DNA of 64,000 bases from Acidobacteriota bacterium. GTDB lineage: Bacteria; Acidobacteriota; Vicinamibacteria; Vicinamibacterales; UBA2999. The translations under genes were made by a program, and so were the position numbers. Positions 1-10,918 of this stretch are shown piece by piece. The stretch's first letter is position 1. Each line of letters begins with the position of its first letter. The notes beneath the pieces are model-generated. The model was not told where the DNA came from and did not search any database. It was given only the letters and a program-made list of their open reading frames with translations. The stretch covers positions 262,311 through 326,310 of the forward strand of contig JAGNJW010000001.1 of NCBI GenBank assembly GCA_018000455.1. The letters are read 5' to 3'.

Positions 1-31
1 AGGTTCCCTCAGTCATTCCGTGCCGTCGAGC

Positions 32-310
32 CTACCGCTGGAGCGTCCTGGCGTCAGGCAGCCCCGACACGTCGAACGCTCCGTCGGTGACCTCGACCGT
101 GCCCTTCTCCATGGCGAACGTCGTGTCGAGCGAGTTCAGGGTTGCCTTCGTGGAACACATCACGGCCGGAGTGGTCTCGGGCGGGAAGAGCAGACGGAAT
201 GGCGCTGGCGCGCCCTGAATATTGAGATTGATCAACAGCGTCGACCCGGCGTCGTCACCATCCGATGTCGGAATGTTGTTCGGCCCCCAGGTGACCGCTC
301 GAAGTCGCTC
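32..310 (-). other. in-frame continuation of the 311..835 ORF beyond a TAG stop (stop-interrupted gene or separate small ORF)
   Basis: Same frame as 311..835. My translation after the TAG reads ERLRAVTWGPNNIPTSDGDDAGSTLLINLNIQGAP...EKGTVEVTDGAFDVSGL. This resembles the upstream module LTGAKVTITAASATEISGTF. The only start candidate is TTG at 235. Confidence 0.35.
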
Positions 311-1348
<1,038 letters not shown>

Positions 1349-1453
1349 CCGATTACGAGACACCGGTCCGAGCTTGGCCTGGTCGCGCCGGGCACGCCGG
1401 AGGACGGTCTCGCAGGACATCGCCGTCGAACGAACGCTCGAAGGAGGTGCGCG

Positions 1454-3565
1454 GTGACCATCGCCAGACATCGCGAACGACGCACCGGCTGGAGCGGACG
1501 CGTATCGCGCCTCGCCGGTGCGGGCCTCCTGTTCCTGAGCGCGAGCGGCCTGGCCGTCACGTTCGGCCCATTCCATCCCGCCGTGCAATGGGCACTGCTG
1601 GTGCACGCGCTCTTCGGTGTGATCCTGGCTGCGCCGTTCGCGTGGTACATAGCCGTGCACTGGCTCGACTATCGCCGTGTCCAGATTACGCACATCGCGC
1701 TGCTCGGGTACGTCGCCGGGCTGGCGCTGACCGTGTGCGTCGTCTCAGGACTCGTCGTGACCTGGCAGGGCGCGTTCGACAGCCGCATGTCCTGGGCGTG
1801 GCGACAGGTGCACCTCGTCTCGACGTTCGCGATGCTCGGAACCGCCCTGCCGCATGTCGTCCTCCTGGCCGTGCGAGCCTGGCGCACGCTGCGTGCGACG
1901 CGGCGTTATGCGTGGCAGATCATGGGAGCCTCCGCCGCGCTGACCGCGCTGACGGCTGGACTCCCGGGCCTCTACGCCGGCACGCGCTACCTCAACGAGT
2001 TCCCAAAGGATTATGTCTTCCTCTACGGTCCGGACCGCGCCTTTGCCCCAAGCCTCGCCAAGACGGCCACCGGCGGCGCCTACGATGCCCGGTCGCTCGC
2101 CGGCTCCGAGGGCTGCGGGACGGCCCGCTGCCACACTCAGATCGTCGAGGAGTGGCGGCCGAGTGCCCACAGGTACGCCGCGATGGATCCGCTCTTCCAA
2201 GGCATCCAAACCGCCATGGCCGAGCAGAACGGCGCGGAATCGACACGGTACTGCGGCGGTTGCCACGATCCCATCTCCCTCTTCTCGGGCACGAAGAACA
2301 TCTTCGTGAAGGATCTCACCACTCTGCAGGGCTTTCAGGAGGGCGTCTCCTGCCTGTCGTGCCACAGCATCCGGAAAACCGACGTCAAGGGTAACGCGGA
2401 TTTCACCGTGGCGCAGCCGCGTGAGTATCTGTGGCAATGGCACGACGCTGGCGCCCCGCGCCTGGCTCGCGATTTCCTGATCCGTACCTACCCTGACGAA
2501 CACGCCGGGCTCAGCAAACGGCTGTTCAAGTCGCCCGAATACTGCGCGGCCTGCCACAAACAGTTCATCGACCAGGAAGTCAACAGCGTCGGGTGGGTGC
2601 AGCTGCAGAATCAGTACGACAACTGGGCCAACAGCCACTGGAACACGAAAGGCGACCCCCGCAAGACCGTCGAGTGCCGTGAGTGCCACATGCCACTCGT
2701 CGAGTCGAGCGACCCGGCGGCGGGCGATGACAGCGACTACAACCGCCGGCCGGATGACGGTCGACACCGTAGCCATCGGTTCATCGCCTCGAACCAACTG
2801 GTGCCCGCGCTGCTCAAGTTGCCAGGTTGGGAGGAGCAGGTGCGCCTCACGGAGCAGTGGATGCGAGGTGAGCGGGAGGTGCCGGAGATCGCCGACAAGT
2901 GGGCGCACGGTCCCATCGTGACGATGGCGCTCGAGCTCGGGACCGCACAGCCTGGCACGGCGTCCGTTCCCCTGCGCGTGGTGATGACCTCCAACAAGGT
3001 CGGCCACGATTACCCGACCGGCCCGCTCGACATCATTCAAAGCTGGGTCGAGATCCGTATCACCGACGAGCAGAAGCGCACGGTGTTCTCGTCGGGCGCG
3101 CGCGACGACCGGCATTTCCTCGCGCCGGGAACGGTCCTCTTCAAGGCCGAGCCGGTCGATCAGCACGGCAATCTGATCGATCGCCACAATCTTTGGGAGA
3201 TGGTGGGCGTACGTTTCCGACGCTCGCTCTTCCCGGGTTACTCGGACACGTTCGAGTACCGGGTGCCCTGCCTGCTCCCCGGCGAGCCCAGACCCGTGCT
3301 CGACAAGAGTACAGGGGACGAGTCGGCTCACCGGGGCTTCAGCATGCCGCCCCTCGGCGTCGGGCGCTATCGCGTCGAAGCCGTCTTGAACTACCGCAAG
3401 GTCGATCAGTTCTTGATCAATTACCTGCTCGACGAGAAGCTGGGACACACCTCACCAGTCGTCGAGATCGCGCGCGTCGCAGCGTCGCTCGTCGTGGCGC
3501 CGCCCACTCGGGAAGGCCAGCCCGTCGTCGGTTTGATCCCCGAGGCCAGCACGGGACGCGAATGA
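1454..3565 (+). CDS. membrane-anchored multihaem c-type cytochrome (N-terminal His-rich 4-5 TM segment + cytochrome c554/NrfA-like domain)
   Basis: GTG start preceded by AAGGAGG 6 nt upstream. There are hydrophobic helices with embedded His in the first ~175 aa. Four CxxCH motifs are present (YCGGCH, SCLSCH, YCAACH, ECRECH) plus one CX4CH (CGTARCH). WxxSxH motifs (EEWRPSAH, DNWANSHW) are also present. Confidence 0.85.
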   Translation: MTIARHRERRTGWSGRVSRLAGAGLLFLSASGLAVTFGPFHPAVQWALLVHALFGVILAAPFAWYIAVHWLDYRRVQITHIALLGYVAGLALTVCVVSGLVVTWQGAFDSRMSWAWRQVHLVSTFAMLGTALPHVVLLAVRAWRTLRATRRYAWQIMGASAALTALTAGLPGLYAGTRYLNEFPKDYVFLYGPDRAFAPSLAKTATGGAYDARSLAGSEGCGTARCHTQIVEEWRPSAHRYAAMDPLFQGIQTAMAEQNGAESTRYCGGCHDPISLFSGTKNIFVKDLTTLQGFQEGVSCLSCHSIRKTDVKGNADFTVAQPREYLWQWHDAGAPRLARDFLIRTYPDEHAGLSKRLFKSPEYCAACHKQFIDQEVNSVGWVQLQNQYDNWANSHWNTKGDPRKTVECRECHMPLVESSDPAAGDDSDYNRRPDDGRHRSHRFIASNQLVPALLKLPGWEEQVRLTEQWMRGEREVPEIADKWAHGPIVTMALELGTAQPGTASVPLRVVMTSNKVGHDYPTGPLDIIQSWVEIRITDEQKRTVFSSGARDDRHFLAPGTVLFKAEPVDQHGNLIDRHNLWEMVGVRFRRSLFPGYSDTFEYRVPCLLPGEPRPVLDKSTGDESAHRGFSMPPLGVGRYRVEAVLNYRKVDQFLINYLLDEKLGHTSPVVEIARVAASLVVAPPTREGQPVVGLIPEASTGRE

Positions 3566-6171
3566 GCACCGGTCGAGGACTCAGCCGGCGCCGGCGGCAA
3601 CTGCTCGCTACCGCAGGGATGCTCGTGGCCGCTACTGCGGTCGCGGCGACGGCGCTCGTTCAGTACTACCGCTCCAGCGCCGCGGCAACCTACCGTCCAG
3701 GCGAAGAGAACGCCGATATCACCAACTCGCTGGCGAAGGGATTGCCGGAAGACGCCCCGACGCCACGCTTCACCGACGTCACCGCCGAAGCCGGACTCGA
3801 CGGCTTCCGCGTCTTCCAGGGCGCCCGTGCTTCCCAGTTGCCCGAAGACATGGGCTCTGGCGCCGCGTGGGGGGATTTCGACAACGACGGCGACGACGAC
3901 CTGTTCCTCGTGAGCGCGGGCGCCGCGCTCGCGGCGGCACCCGGCGAGCGTGCCCCCAGCCAGCTGTTCGAGAACATCGGCGGGCGCTTCCGCCCGGTGG
4001 CCGATTTCCCCGACACCCGCATCCTGGGGATGGGCGCGGCATGGGGCGACGTCGACGGCGACGGCTGGCTCGATCTCGTCGTCACGGGCTACGACACCGT
4101 GCTGCTCTTCAGGAACGCCAAGGGCCACTTGACCGTGGATGCGCGGTTCGTTGCACCGAAGGGTTTTTGGGCCGGCGCGGCTTTTGGCGACTACGACCGC
4201 GACGGCGACCTCGACCTGTATATCTGCGGCTACGTGCAGTACCGCGAAGAAGCGGCCGACGCGGCACCAACGTCGCAGCAGTACGGCGCCTCAGTGCCCT
4301 ACACGCTCAACCCGGCATCGTACCAGCCCGAACGGAACCTGCTCTTCCAGAACAGCGGCAACGGCGTCTTCCGCGACGTAGCGCACGCCCTGGGTGTCGA
4401 CAACCCCGAGGGCCGCAGCCTCAGCGCGGCGTGGCACGACTTCGACGGCGACGGCTGGCTCGATCTGTATGTGGCCAACGATATCTCCGACAACGTCATG
4501 TACCGCAACGTGCGGGGACGGTTCGAAGACGTCAGCCACGCCGCGTGGGTGGCCGACTACCGGGGCGCGATGGGACTGGCGGTCGGCGATTGGAACCGCG
4601 ACGGCGACGACGACCTGTTCGTGAGTCATTGGGTGGCTCAGGAGAACGCGCTCTTCGATTCGCTGGTCGTCGATGCCACAAGGCAACCGACGGCGCGCCC
4701 CGCCGACGCAGGCGGCGCACAGGACGTGGCATCGCCGCTTCGGTTCGTCGATGTGGCCGATGTGCGTGGTCTCGGGCACATTGGGCTACCGATGATCGGC
4801 TGGGGCGCGGAGTTCGCCGATTTCGATGCGGACGGCTGGCTGGATCTCGTCGTCGCCAACGGCAGTACGTTCGAGACCGACACCGTGCCCCGGCAACTCA
4901 AGCCGCAGGCGCCATTTCTCTTCTGGAACCGTCGGGGCGAGCACTTCTACGATCTGGCGCCGCTCGCGCCGGCGCTCGCGCAGCCGTCGGTGGCGCGCGG
5001 CCTCGCCGTCGCAGACTACGACAACGATGGCGACCTCGACATCCTCATCGTCCGTCGCGACACGGGCGTGCAGCTGCTGAGCAACGGCATGCAGCGCGGG
5101 CACTGGCTGAAGGTGCGGCTGCGCAGCCGCGTGACAGCGCGACCGGACGTGCATGGCTACGGGCTGGGTGCCCAGGCTGTCGCCTATCTGGGCGCCACCG
5201 AGCTGCGGCGCTCGGTCAGCCCCGCATCGTACCTGAGCCAGAGCAGCCAGGTCTTGCACTTCGGCCTCGGTGACAAGACCGGCATCGAGCGGCTGGACAT
5301 CAGGTGGGCCAGCGGCGCGACGGCCACGGTCGGTACCCTTGCAGGAGACCGCCTGTGGGAGATCACAGAAGGCGCCGAGTCGACCCCGCGTGAAGTGCCT
5401 GGCACCGCGTCCCAGACGGCCACCGATCCTGCGGCCGCCGCCGACCACAAGACCCGGACCGTCGCGTTCTGGGCGAAGCAGCGCGAGGCCATGCGGGCAT
5501 TGAAGGTGGATCGTGACGTCGCGCGAGCCGTGATGCTGCTGCGCGAGGCAGTCGTCCTCGATCCCGCGCACGAGGATACTCGCTACTACCTGGCCAGCGC
5601 CCAGGCGACTCTCGGCGACGTGCCAGGAGCGCTCGCCGAACTGGAGACCCTTGCGCGCCTGAACCCGAGCAGCCACCGCGCGCTCGCGCGCTGGGGTACG
5701 CTGCGCGCGCAGACCGCCCGAAACAAGGCGGATCTCGTGGCCGCCGAAGCGTCCCTGCTGCAAGCTCATGATTTGAACCCCGAAGAAACGGGTGCGCTGC
5801 TGGCTCTTGGCGAGATCTCCCTGATGCTGGGCGATCGCACGCGTGCAGCGGAACGGCTCGGCGCCGCGTGTGCTGCCAACCCCCGCGCGGCGGGCGGGCT
5901 GTTCCTGCTCGGATACCTGCACTGGACGCGCGGCGACGAACGACAGGCAACGGAACTGCTGGCGCGCGCGCGGGCCGCGCTCGGCGGCGACTGGAAGCCG
6001 CGCGGTTCAACCGCCGAAGGCGACGTCGCACGAAAAGCCCACGAAGACACGACGCCGCTGGCGCGGTTTCTCGATGGCTGGAGTGGCTACGAACGACCAG
6101 CGGAAGCATACGCCGACCTGGACAGCCATCTGCGAGGCCTGTTCGCCGTCGGGGTGAAACGTCCCATGTAA
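3562..6171 (+). CDS. CRTAC1-family protein: seven FG-GAP/VCBS repeats + ASPIC/UnbV-like segment + C-terminal TPR-like repeats
   Basis: Seven Ca-binding-type repeats: GDFDNDGDDDLF, GDVDGDGWLDLVV, GDYDRDGDLDLYI, HDFDGDGWLDLYV, GDWNRDGDDDLFV, ADFDADGWLDLVV, ADYDNDGDLDILI. RR-containing signal (SRRRRQLLATAG). ATG 3562 overlaps the upstream stop (ATGA). The ORF-track extension back to 2899 is Arg/Pro-rich and not protein-like. Confidence 0.85.
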   Translation: MSTGRGLSRRRRQLLATAGMLVAATAVAATALVQYYRSSAAATYRPGEENADITNSLAKGLPEDAPTPRFTDVTAEAGLDGFRVFQGARASQLPEDMGSGAAWGDFDNDGDDDLFLVSAGAALAAAPGERAPSQLFENIGGRFRPVADFPDTRILGMGAAWGDVDGDGWLDLVVTGYDTVLLFRNAKGHLTVDARFVAPKGFWAGAAFGDYDRDGDLDLYICGYVQYREEAADAAPTSQQYGASVPYTLNPASYQPERNLLFQNSGNGVFRDVAHALGVDNPEGRSLSAAWHDFDGDGWLDLYVANDISDNVMYRNVRGRFEDVSHAAWVADYRGAMGLAVGDWNRDGDDDLFVSHWVAQENALFDSLVVDATRQPTARPADAGGAQDVASPLRFVDVADVRGLGHIGLPMIGWGAEFADFDADGWLDLVVANGSTFETDTVPRQLKPQAPFLFWNRRGEHFYDLAPLAPALAQPSVARGLAVADYDNDGDLDILIVRRDTGVQLLSNGMQRGHWLKVRLRSRVTARPDVHGYGLGAQAVAYLGATELRRSVSPASYLSQSSQVLHFGLGDKTGIERLDIRWASGATATVGTLAGDRLWEITEGAESTPREVPGTASQTATDPAAAADHKTRTVAFWAKQREAMRALKVDRDVARAVMLLREAVVLDPAHEDTRYYLASAQATLGDVPGALAELETLARLNPSSHRALARWGTLRAQTARNKADLVAAEASLLQAHDLNPEETGALLALGEISLMLGDRTRAAERLGAACAANPRAAGGLFLLGYLHWTRGDERQATELLARARAALGGDWKPRGSTAEGDVARKAHEDTTPLARFLDGWSGYERPAEAYADLDSHLRGLFAVGVKRPM

Positions 6172-6417
6172 CCGGCGGCCGGCGACCTGAGGATGAAGGT
6201 GTGACCGGTCTCGTCGTCGTCATCGTGGGCGGAGGGATGTCCGGGAACGACTCCGTGTTCGATGTCGACCTCGCCGGCGACTGACAGCCGCGGCGTGGCG
6301 AATCACTGCGCAATCGGACCTCAAATTCCACCCCAACGTGTGCTAGCCTCGCGCGATCGATCGGGTCGCTCGGGCTCCAACCTCGTCAACGGGATTTCGC
6401 TTTTCCTGGAGGTCGGC

Positions 6418-9354
6418 ATGCGTACGTTACTCGTCGGCGTAAGTCTCGTCATCACAGTGGCTGGCGCGGCCGCGCCGGCGTCCGCACAACAGGGCACCTC
6501 GCAGATCGCCGGCAAGATCACCGACGAACAGGGTGCCGTGCTTCCGGGCGTGTCGGTGATGGTCACCAACGAAGACACCGGCGTCTTCCGCGAGGTGTTC
6601 ACCGGAGAATCCGGCGCCTACTTCGTCTCGCAGATCGTCCCGGGTCGCTACAAGGTGCGGGCGACCCTTGAAGGTTTTGCGCCCTTCGATCGATCCGGGC
6701 TCATTCTGCAGGTCGGCAACACGCTGACGGTGGATCTCTCGCTCAAGGTCGGCACGCTGTCCGAGACCGTTCTGGTCACCGGGCAGTCGCCGCTCGTCGA
6801 CACGACGAGCGCCAGCGTCGGCGGCAACATCGGCACGACCGACCTGGCGACCCTGCCGGCGATCAACCGCAACTACTTCGCGACGGTGGCACTGCTGCCC
6901 GGCGTGCAGTTCACGCCGTCGAACCAGATGGGCAACGACACCATCATCGCTGCCGGCCAGACGGCGCAGAACACCAACGTCTCGGTCGACGGCGGCTACA
7001 ACGCCGACAACGCGCTCGGCACGAGCGCCGGCGCGCAGGTGCGCACGCCGCTCGAAGCCATCCAGGAGTTCCAGGTCGTCACCTCGATGTACGACGCGGA
7101 GTTCGGGAGGTCCAGCGGCGCCATCGTGAACGCCGTGACCAAGGCGGGCACCAACGAGTTCCGCGGCGTCGGCTTCGCGTTCGCCGCCAGCAACCAGCTG
7201 ACCTCGCGCGACTTCTTCGTGAAGCAGCGCGGCCTGGCGAAGCCGTCGGTCACCAAGCGCGAGTGGGGCGGAGTGCTGGGTGGCCCGATCGTGAAGAACA
7301 AGGCTCACTTCTTCGTGAGCCTCGAACGACAGGTCGACAACCCCAACCGTTCGGCCGTGTTCCCGACGCGTCCCGACAAGGACTTCTCCGTGGTGGAGGA
7401 GCGCTCGGGCTGGAACACGCTCATCCGCCTCGACCACCAGCTCACGGCGAACCACACCTGGGCGGCTCGTTGGCTGCGCGAGTCGGCGCCGCAGTTCCCG
7501 GTGGTCGGCGCGCGGCAGACACTGGACTCATTCCAGGACGAGACCGACCTCGACCAGACGGCCGTCTTCACGTTGACGAGCGTGCTCGGCAACTCGCGGG
7601 TGAATACGATCCGGATGGCGCGCACGTGGGAGCACTGGTGGCACGCCAATGCCTGCACACGGGCGCAGGGCGACGAAGAGGTACAGGATCAGTCGCTCTG
7701 CCCGCCGCAGCTCGATCAACTCAGCTTCCTCGCCCAGGCCAGCACCGAGCAGCAGGGCCCGTGGGACTCGAACTGGCAGATCGAGGACGATCTGTCGTGG
7801 TACATCCCGTCGAAGCGCGGTGACCACGAAGTGAAGCTCGGCGTGCGCTACAACTACACGGAGCTCGAGCGCGTTTCCGAGATCAACCGCAACGGCACCT
7901 TCCGGTTCAACACCGACCTGGCCTTCAACGCAGCCGACCCGCGCACCTATCCCGAACGCCTGACGATCCGCGTCGGCCGCTACCGCCAGTTCGTGAAGGA
8001 CCACACGCTGGAGGCGTTCTTCCAGGACAAGTGGCGCATCGGCCGCAACACCATCAGCCTCGGCCTGCGCTACGACCTGGAAGTGATCCCGCTCGTGCAG
8101 CAGTCCAATCCGCTGTATGCGGGCAGCGGCAAGGACTACGCCGTCGACAAGAACAACATCGCGCCGCGCATCGGCTTCACGAGGGCGCTCGACGCACAGA
8201 ACCGGTCGGTGGTGCGCGCCGGCTACGGCATCTTCTACAACCGGACCATCCTGGGCGCCATCGACGACGTGATCGAGTTCGGCAAGTTCACGTCGTCGTC
8301 GGTCGTGCAGTTCCCGAACAACGCGGCCGATCCGGGCCCTGGCGCCGGGCGGTTCCCCACCGATCCGTTCCTCGTCAACGGGCCGTTCGTCAACTCGGCC
8401 CGGCTGGACCAGCTGTTCCCGCCTGGAGCGCTATACAGGAATGCCGGCGTGGTCATTTTCGACGGCCCCGATCGCGGCACGCCGTACGCGCACCAGATGA
8501 CCCTCGGCTACACGCGCCAGATCGGCGCCGCCATGGCGGCAAGCGCCGACTACGTCCACGCGGCCAACCGGTCGATGTTCCTGGCCCGCAACCTGAACCC
8601 GATGCAGCGCGCCGACACGACCCGCACCGGCGCCATCACCCGCAGCGACGCCTTCGGGGTGCTCGGCGAGGCCTACAACCAACAGGTCTGGCTCATGGAG
8701 AACACCGGCGAGAACAACTACGACGCGCTCAACCTGTCGCTCGAGAAGCGGCTGTCGCACAACTGGTCTGGACGCATCTCGTACTCGCTGGGCTACTCGC
8801 GCGGCACCGCCGAGAACCAGGCCGACAAGAACACCTACCAAGTGGGCACGGATCTGAACCTTGACGACTGGTACGGACCGAGCGGCGTCGATCGGCGTCA
8901 CATCCTGGCGGTGAGCGGGCAGATCGAGATCCCGAAGACCTTCGGCATGAACGTCTCGGCCACCGGGCGCTACATGTCCGGTCCCCCCTTCACGATTTTC
9001 AACAGCAATGTCGACGTCGATCGCAACGGCGAGCTGGTCGATCCGGTCCCAGCGGGGACCTTCAGCGGCACCGCGCTCAACGCGATGACCGATGTGAAGA
9101 ACGAGGGCGGCCGCAACGGCGCGCGCGGTCCCGACTACTTCCAGCTCGACATCCGTGCCGGCTGGAAGGTGAAGACGCGGGAGAGCCACGCGCTCAACGT
9201 CTTCCTCGACATCTTCAACGTGACCAACCGTGCCAACTTCGACAATCCGTCGGGCGATCAACGCATCCCGGCCACGTTCCTCGTGAAGACGAGCCTGCGC
9301 GGCGGCGGTGGCTTCCCACGGCAGGCGCAGTTCGGCCTCCGCTACCAGTTCTGA
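6418..9354 (+). CDS. TonB-dependent receptor-like outer membrane protein with N-terminal carboxypeptidase-regulatory-like domain
   Basis: GGAGG lies 6 nt before ATG 6418. Signal peptide MRTLLVGVSLVITVAGAAAPASAQQ. CarboxypepD_reg-type start (GTSQIAGKITDEQGAVLPGVSVMVTNEDTG...YKVRATLEGF), a plug-like region, a long beta-barrel and a terminal aromatic residue (RYQF). Confidence 0.85.
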   Translation: MRTLLVGVSLVITVAGAAAPASAQQGTSQIAGKITDEQGAVLPGVSVMVTNEDTGVFREVFTGESGAYFVSQIVPGRYKVRATLEGFAPFDRSGLILQVGNTLTVDLSLKVGTLSETVLVTGQSPLVDTTSASVGGNIGTTDLATLPAINRNYFATVALLPGVQFTPSNQMGNDTIIAAGQTAQNTNVSVDGGYNADNALGTSAGAQVRTPLEAIQEFQVVTSMYDAEFGRSSGAIVNAVTKAGTNEFRGVGFAFAASNQLTSRDFFVKQRGLAKPSVTKREWGGVLGGPIVKNKAHFFVSLERQVDNPNRSAVFPTRPDKDFSVVEERSGWNTLIRLDHQLTANHTWAARWLRESAPQFPVVGARQTLDSFQDETDLDQTAVFTLTSVLGNSRVNTIRMARTWEHWWHANACTRAQGDEEVQDQSLCPPQLDQLSFLAQASTEQQGPWDSNWQIEDDLSWYIPSKRGDHEVKLGVRYNYTELERVSEINRNGTFRFNTDLAFNAADPRTYPERLTIRVGRYRQFVKDHTLEAFFQDKWRIGRNTISLGLRYDLEVIPLVQQSNPLYAGSGKDYAVDKNNIAPRIGFTRALDAQNRSVVRAGYGIFYNRTILGAIDDVIEFGKFTSSSVVQFPNNAADPGPGAGRFPTDPFLVNGPFVNSARLDQLFPPGALYRNAGVVIFDGPDRGTPYAHQMTLGYTRQIGAAMAASADYVHAANRSMFLARNLNPMQRADTTRTGAITRSDAFGVLGEAYNQQVWLMENTGENNYDALNLSLEKRLSHNWSGRISYSLGYSRGTAENQADKNTYQVGTDLNLDDWYGPSGVDRRHILAVSGQIEIPKTFGMNVSATGRYMSGPPFTIFNSNVDVDRNGELVDPVPAGTFSGTALNAMTDVKNEGGRNGARGPDYFQLDIRAGWKVKTRESHALNVFLDIFNVTNRANFDNPSGDQRIPATFLVKTSLRGGGGFPRQAQFGLRYQF

Positions 9355-9502
9355 TGCGTCTCGAGCGGCGGACACCACCCAGGCGGCGTCATCATCGGCC
9401 GCGCTCGCCGGCCAGGTATGCGCGCAGCGCGCCAGTCGATTACACTCCCGGGCGCGGCTCCCTGGCGGGAGCCTGGCGGGACGACGCGCGAGGAGCCTCG
9501 AC

Positions 9503-10918
9503 ATGAACGGCGATCACGAACCCACCGGCCGCGCAAACACCCGCGCCAGCCGCCGTCAGTTCTTCAGGATGCTGGCAGCCAGCCCGGCCCTGGCCCTGGC
9601 CTACCCGGCGCTGTCGCCCGTCTGGCAGCGGGAAGTCGATCGCGAGCTGGCGCGCACGCGGGCCACGCGGGCGGTGTGCGCCGACTGCGGTCAGGAGTTC
9701 CACCTGGCGCCGATGGAGCCGATGCGGTCGACGGCGGCCCAGACCGCTGACGCACAACCGCTCGCGCTCGACGTGCACCTGACCGGCCAGGTGGTCGACT
9801 CGGCCGCCGAGGCCATCAACGTCTGGGACTTCGAGCAGGTGGCCCACGCCAACGTCCTGCCGCAGCACTGGGCCTACATCCACATGGGCGTCGACGACTT
9901 CGAGACACGCCGCGCCAATCGCGAGGGCTTCCAGCGCCTCGCGCTCAGGGCCCGGCGCCTGGGCCCGGACGTGAAGCTCGACACCGCGGTGACGCTCTTC
10001 GGCAAGCGCTGGGCCAGCCCGCTCTTCCTGTGCCCGGTCGCGGCGCTCGAGGCGTACCACACCGAAGGCGAAAGCGGCGCCGCCCGTGCCGCCCGCGCCC
10101 GTGGCATCCTGCAGATCCAGTCGCATCAGAGTTCGCAGTCGTACGAGGCGATTGCCGAGGCGCGGGGCGAGCCGCACTGGTTCCAGCTCTACGCCAATTC
10201 GGACTGGGGCATCACCAAGCGCACGCTCGACAAAGTCGCGGCCGCCGGCTGCCCGGTGCTGGTCTGGACCATCGACCTGCTTGGCGGCAGCAACCGCGAG
10301 CTGTCGCGCCGGTCGCAGGGCCGCGAAGGCTACGACCGTCCGCTCTGCCAGAGCTGCCACAACCACCAGCCGGCCTACGAGCGGCCGATGCATCGCGGTG
10401 TGTCCGGCCCTCCTGGTCCGCGCGTGCCCTTCGACTGGGACTACGTCAAGCGCCTGAAGGACACCAGCAAGATGAAGGTGGTGCTGAAGGGCATCGTCAC
10501 CCGCGAAGACGCCGAGCTGGCGGTGCAGAGCGGCGCCGACGGCGTGTTCGTGTCGAACCACGGCGGGCGCGCAGAGAATAGCCTGCGCGGCGCGATCGAC
10601 AGCCTGCCGGAGGTCGTGGCGGGCGTGAAGGGCCGCGTGCCGGTGATGCTCGACAGCGGCGTACGGCGCGGGGCCGACATCTTCAAGGCGTTGGCCCTCG
10701 GCGCCGATGCCGTCGGCATCGGCCGGCCGTACGTGTGGGGACTGGCTGCCTTCGGACAACCGGGTGTCGACAAGGTCATCGAGATGCTGCTGGTTGAGTT
10801 CGCCATGGTGATGCGGCAGACCCGCACCGCGACGCTCGACCAGATCGGCCCGCAGTACCTGGTGCCCGGGGCCGCGCCGATCATGATGCGCGACAATCAC
10901 CAGGGGTTCGGACTATGA
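9503..10918 (+). CDS. FMN-dependent alpha-hydroxy acid dehydrogenase/oxidase family protein with Tat-type signal
   Basis: Twin-arginine motif SRRQFFRMLAASPALALA. TIM-barrel FMN-dehydrogenase signatures (VLKGIVTREDAELA, GVFVSNHGGR, LDSGVRRGADIFKALALGA). The stop overlaps the next start (ATGA). Confidence 0.85.
   Translation: MNGDHEPTGRANTRASRRQFFRMLAASPALALAYPALSPVWQREVDRELARTRATRAVCADCGQEFHLAPMEPMRSTAAQTADAQPLALDVHLTGQVVDSAAEAINVWDFEQVAHANVLPQHWAYIHMGVDDFETRRANREGFQRLALRARRLGPDVKLDTAVTLFGKRWASPLFLCPVAALEAYHTEGESGAARAARARGILQIQSHQSSQSYEAIAEARGEPHWFQLYANSDWGITKRTLDKVAAAGCPVLVWTIDLLGGSNRELSRRSQGREGYDRPLCQSCHNHQPAYERPMHRGVSGPPGPRVPFDWDYVKRLKDTSKMKVVLKGIVTREDAELAVQSGADGVFVSNHGGRAENSLRGAIDSLPEVVAGVKGRVPVMLDSGVRRGADIFKALALGADAVGIGRPYVWGLAAFGQPGVDKVIEMLLVEFAMVMRQTRTATLDQIGPQYLVPGAAPIMMRDNHQGFGL

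Noticed and set aside
1745-3448. Very long ORFs antisense to or frame-shifted against the called genes. Examples: 1745..3448(-), 3867..5273(+), 4786..5922(-), 6427..7455(-), 8431..9504(-), 9440..10900(-), 14149..15546(+), 15930..17741(+), 16606..18243(-), 21521..23146(+), 24130..25866(-), 27895..29313(+), 33800..35551(+), 38787..40934(+), 43993..45456(-).
   Set aside because: These are typical shadow ORFs of high-GC DNA. Their translations are Arg/Pro/Gly/Ala-rich and low in complexity, with no recognisable motifs. Each overlaps a gene with strong family signatures on the other strand or frame.
2899-3561. Upstream extension of the CRTAC1-family ORF overlapping the cytochrome gene.
   Set aside because: The extension is Arg/Pro-rich nonsense. 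The Met at 3562 is followed by an RR signal peptide and overlaps the upstream stop (ATGA).
6172-6417. Possible cobalamin or other riboswitch upstream of the TonB-dependent receptor-like gene.
   Set aside because: I found no B12-box-like sequence (GCCACUG-type) or other conserved riboswitch core by eye. A covariance-model scan would be needed to be certain.
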